Below are positions 62,066 through 64,000 of a DNA stretch of 64,000 nt, piece after piece (position 1 is the first letter of the stretch; every line of letters starts with the position of its first letter). Source of the stretch: an uncultured Gemmataceae bacterium (lineage in GTDB: Bacteria; Planctomycetota; Planctomycetia; Gemmatales; Gemmataceae). Under the pieces are notes generated by a model that did not search any database, was not told where the DNA came from, and saw only the letters and a program-made list of their open reading frames with translations. A program made the translations under genes and the position numbers. Where the stretch lies: the NCBI GenBank assembly GCA_963750165.1, contig CAVVPN010000003.1, positions 736,001 to 800,000 of the forward strand. The letters are read 5' to 3'.

Positions 62066-63450
62066 GCACCGAGAACGAGAAGGCCAAACTGTACCGCGAG
62101 ATCGTCCAGCAGACCAACGACAAGGTGCTGCTGGAGCGCATGCGGCTGCACGGCTTCTGGGGCCGCGAGCCGCTGCCGCAGGACCCCGCCGAGGAGGGGG
62201 CGCAGCGTGCCGCCATCGAAAAGGAAATGGCCGATCTGCGCAAGGCGAATTCCCTGGTGAAGAACCCGCAGAAGGCGCTGGCAGCGGAGCGCAAGCGGCG
62301 CTGGGAGGAGAGCAAGAAGCGCCGCGCCGAGAACAAGAAGTTGCGCGCCGCCGAGCAAAAGCAGCGGGCCGAGAAGTATGCGGCGTATCGCACCACCACC
62401 ATCGTCCACGCCGGCGCCGGCGTCAGCGGCGGCCTGCAGAACACTGACACGAACGAGCCGCTGCTGACCGAGCGCGGCCTGCCAGTGGTGCGCGACGGGG
62501 CGGAACTGGCCGCCGCGCTGGGCATCAAGCTGAGCGCCCTGCGCTGGCTGACGTACCACCGCCGCGGCGCCACGGTGGTGCACTACCACCGCTTCGAGAT
62601 CGCGAAGAAGACCGGCGGCGTCCGCTGCATCTCGGCGCCCAAGCCGGCGCTGGCCCACGCCCAGCGCTGGGTCCTCGACAACATCCTGGCGAAGCTCGAA
62701 GTGGAACCGCAAGCGCACGGCTTCGTACCGGGCCGCTCCATCGTCAGCAACGCGACGCCGCACGTCGGCCGGCAAATCGTCCTCAACCTCGACCTGCGCG
62801 ACTTCTTCCCGTCGATCACGTTCCGCCGCGTCAAGGGGCTGTTCCATTCCTTCGGCTACAGCGAACACGTAGGGACCGTGCTGGCGCTGCTGACGACGGA
62901 GCCGCCGCGCGTGCCGGCCGCCGTGGACGGCAAACTCTACTACGTGGCGCTGGGCGAGCGCATCTTACCGCAGGGGGCGTGTACGAGCCCGGCACTGACG
63001 AACGCGCTGTGCTGGCGGCTGGATCGGCGGTTGACCGGCCTGGCGAAACGGCACGAGTTCCAGTACACGCGCTACGCCGACGACCTGACGTTTTCGGGCG
63101 ACAACGCCGCGGCGGTCGGCAAACTGCTGCGGAGCGTGCGGGCGATTTTGCTGACGGAGGGCTTCACGGAGCAGCCGACCAAGACGCGGGTGATGCGGCG
63201 CTCGAACCGGCAGGAGGTGACGGGCGTGACGGTGAACACGCGGCCGAAGGTGTGCCGCGAGGACCTGCGGACGCTGCGGGCCATCCTGCACAACGCGGCG
63301 AAACACGGGCTGGAGAGTCAGAACCGCGACCAGCGGCCGGACTTCGCGGCGTACCTGCGCGGCAAGGTGGCGTACGCGTGCATGGTCGATCCGGAGCGGG
63401 CGGCGGACTGGCGCGGGCGGCTGGCGAAGGCGCTGGGCCAGTCGTCGTAG
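62062..63450 (+). CDS. Retron-type reverse transcriptase with long charged N-terminal extension
   Basis: KKTGGVRCISAP, AHGF, region X NATPH, DLRDFFPSI, LPQGACTSPALTN, YTRYADDLTFSG, region Y QEVTGVTVN; no maturase or endonuclease domain. Confidence 0.95.
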   Translation: MSTENEKAKLYREIVQQTNDKVLLERMRLHGFWGREPLPQDPAEEGAQRAAIEKEMADLRKANSLVKNPQKALAAERKRRWEESKKRRAENKKLRAAEQKQRAEKYAAYRTTTIVHAGAGVSGGLQNTDTNEPLLTERGLPVVRDGAELAAALGIKLSALRWLTYHRRGATVVHYHRFEIAKKTGGVRCISAPKPALAHAQRWVLDNILAKLEVEPQAHGFVPGRSIVSNATPHVGRQIVLNLDLRDFFPSITFRRVKGLFHSFGYSEHVGTVLALLTTEPPRVPAAVDGKLYYVALGERILPQGACTSPALTNALCWRLDRRLTGLAKRHEFQYTRYADDLTFSGDNAAAVGKLLRSVRAILLTEGFTEQPTKTRVMRRSNRQEVTGVTVNTRPKVCREDLRTLRAILHNAAKHGLESQNRDQRPDFAAYLRGKVAYACMVDPERAADWRGRLAKALGQSS

Positions 63451-63461
63451 GAGCCGCCGGA

Positions 63462-63511
63462 CCACCAGCGACCCGTTGACGTTTCGCGAAACGTCAACGG
63501 GTCGCTGGTGG
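63462..63511. repeat. Perfect 50-bp palindrome between convergent genes (terminator or REP)
   Basis: ccaccagcgacccgttgacgtttcg|cgaaacgtcaacgggtcgctggtgg. Confidence 0.85.
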
Positions 63512-63521
63512 AAGGGTTGCG

Positions 63522-63878
63522 CTACTTGACCGTGACCGTCACCTTGAGCACGTTGACATCCTTGTCGCACTTGACCTGCACCTTCGCCTTTTCATGGCCC
63601 TCCAGCAGGGACAGGCCCGTCGCGCCGGTGCCCGTCTTCTTCTGGCCCTTGATGGTCACCACAAATTCGGTGCTGTCGAGGATGCTGAGTTCGCGATCGA
63701 CGAACTCGTTCTTGACCTTCTGGTTGATGACCAGCAAGTTCTTGGTCGTGTCCACGAGCTTGATGGTGCCCTTGACCATCTGGTTCTTCTGCGGCTCGGC
63801 CCCGTAGGTCCCCTCCCCGGCGACGAGGACGAGGGCCAGCAACACGGCGACGCACAGACTCACGTAAGTTCGCAACAT
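63522..63878 (-). CDS. Small secreted OB-fold-like hypothetical protein
   Basis: Signal peptide; VKGTIKLVD...LLVI beta-rich pattern. Confidence 0.75.
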   Translation of the reverse strand: MLRTYVSLCVAVLLALVLVAGEGTYGAEPQKNQMVKGTIKLVDTTKNLLVINQKVKNEFVDRELSILDSTEFVVTIKGQKKTGTGATGLSLLEGHEKAKVQVKCDKDVNVLKVTVTVK

Positions 63879-64000
63879 GGGAATTCCCCTGGAAACGCAG
63901 GGCGATTGTCCTCCCGGCACGGCACCGGAAGGCGATCTGCGGTTTTTATTGCCGATAGGCATTGGACGGCGGAACGCGGAAAAAGTTCCGTCCCGGGAAA

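Noticed and set aside
62062..63450. RT as group II intron, DGR or CRISPR-associated RT
   Set aside because: It has retron NAxxH and VTG motifs, no maturase/endonuclease or Cas1 domain, and no TR/VR pair or avd gene nearby.
1..64000. tRNA, rRNA, integrase or intact transposase
   Set aside because: None recognised by eye; no att sites or clear composition shift bound the retron locus.

Overview
GC-rich bacterial window, very probably from a planctomycete (Gemmataceae-like): it carries DUF1501, DUF1549/DUF1553, DUF1080 and DUF1571 genes, 'LExLExRxLP' N-terminal export motifs, Ser/Thr kinases with an ECF sigma factor, and many palindromic intergenic repeats. Most of it is housekeeping and accessory genes (aroD-aroE fusion, nth, pepT, argA, lpxA, CoA-transferase, a 3252-aa S53 protease/adhesin). 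About ten single-base frameshifts in nine unrelated genes look like assembly indels. The standout is a co-directional locus at ~55.3-63.5 kb: WGR-like/HEAT-repeat protein, SWIM Zn-finger protein, a tandem array of four ~250-nt structured non-coding units (59511-60600), a membrane protein, and a retron-type reverse transcriptase (NAxxH, YADD, VTG). Each unit has retron msr-msd architecture: long terminal inverted repeats ending in TTTAG, a small msr hairpin and a long msd hairpin. The scaffold is conserved with compensatory changes, but the central msd stem has a different sequence in every copy. This suggests one RT producing four different msDNAs, a 'multi-msDNA array' retron. All calls are by eye; no searches or folding programs were run.
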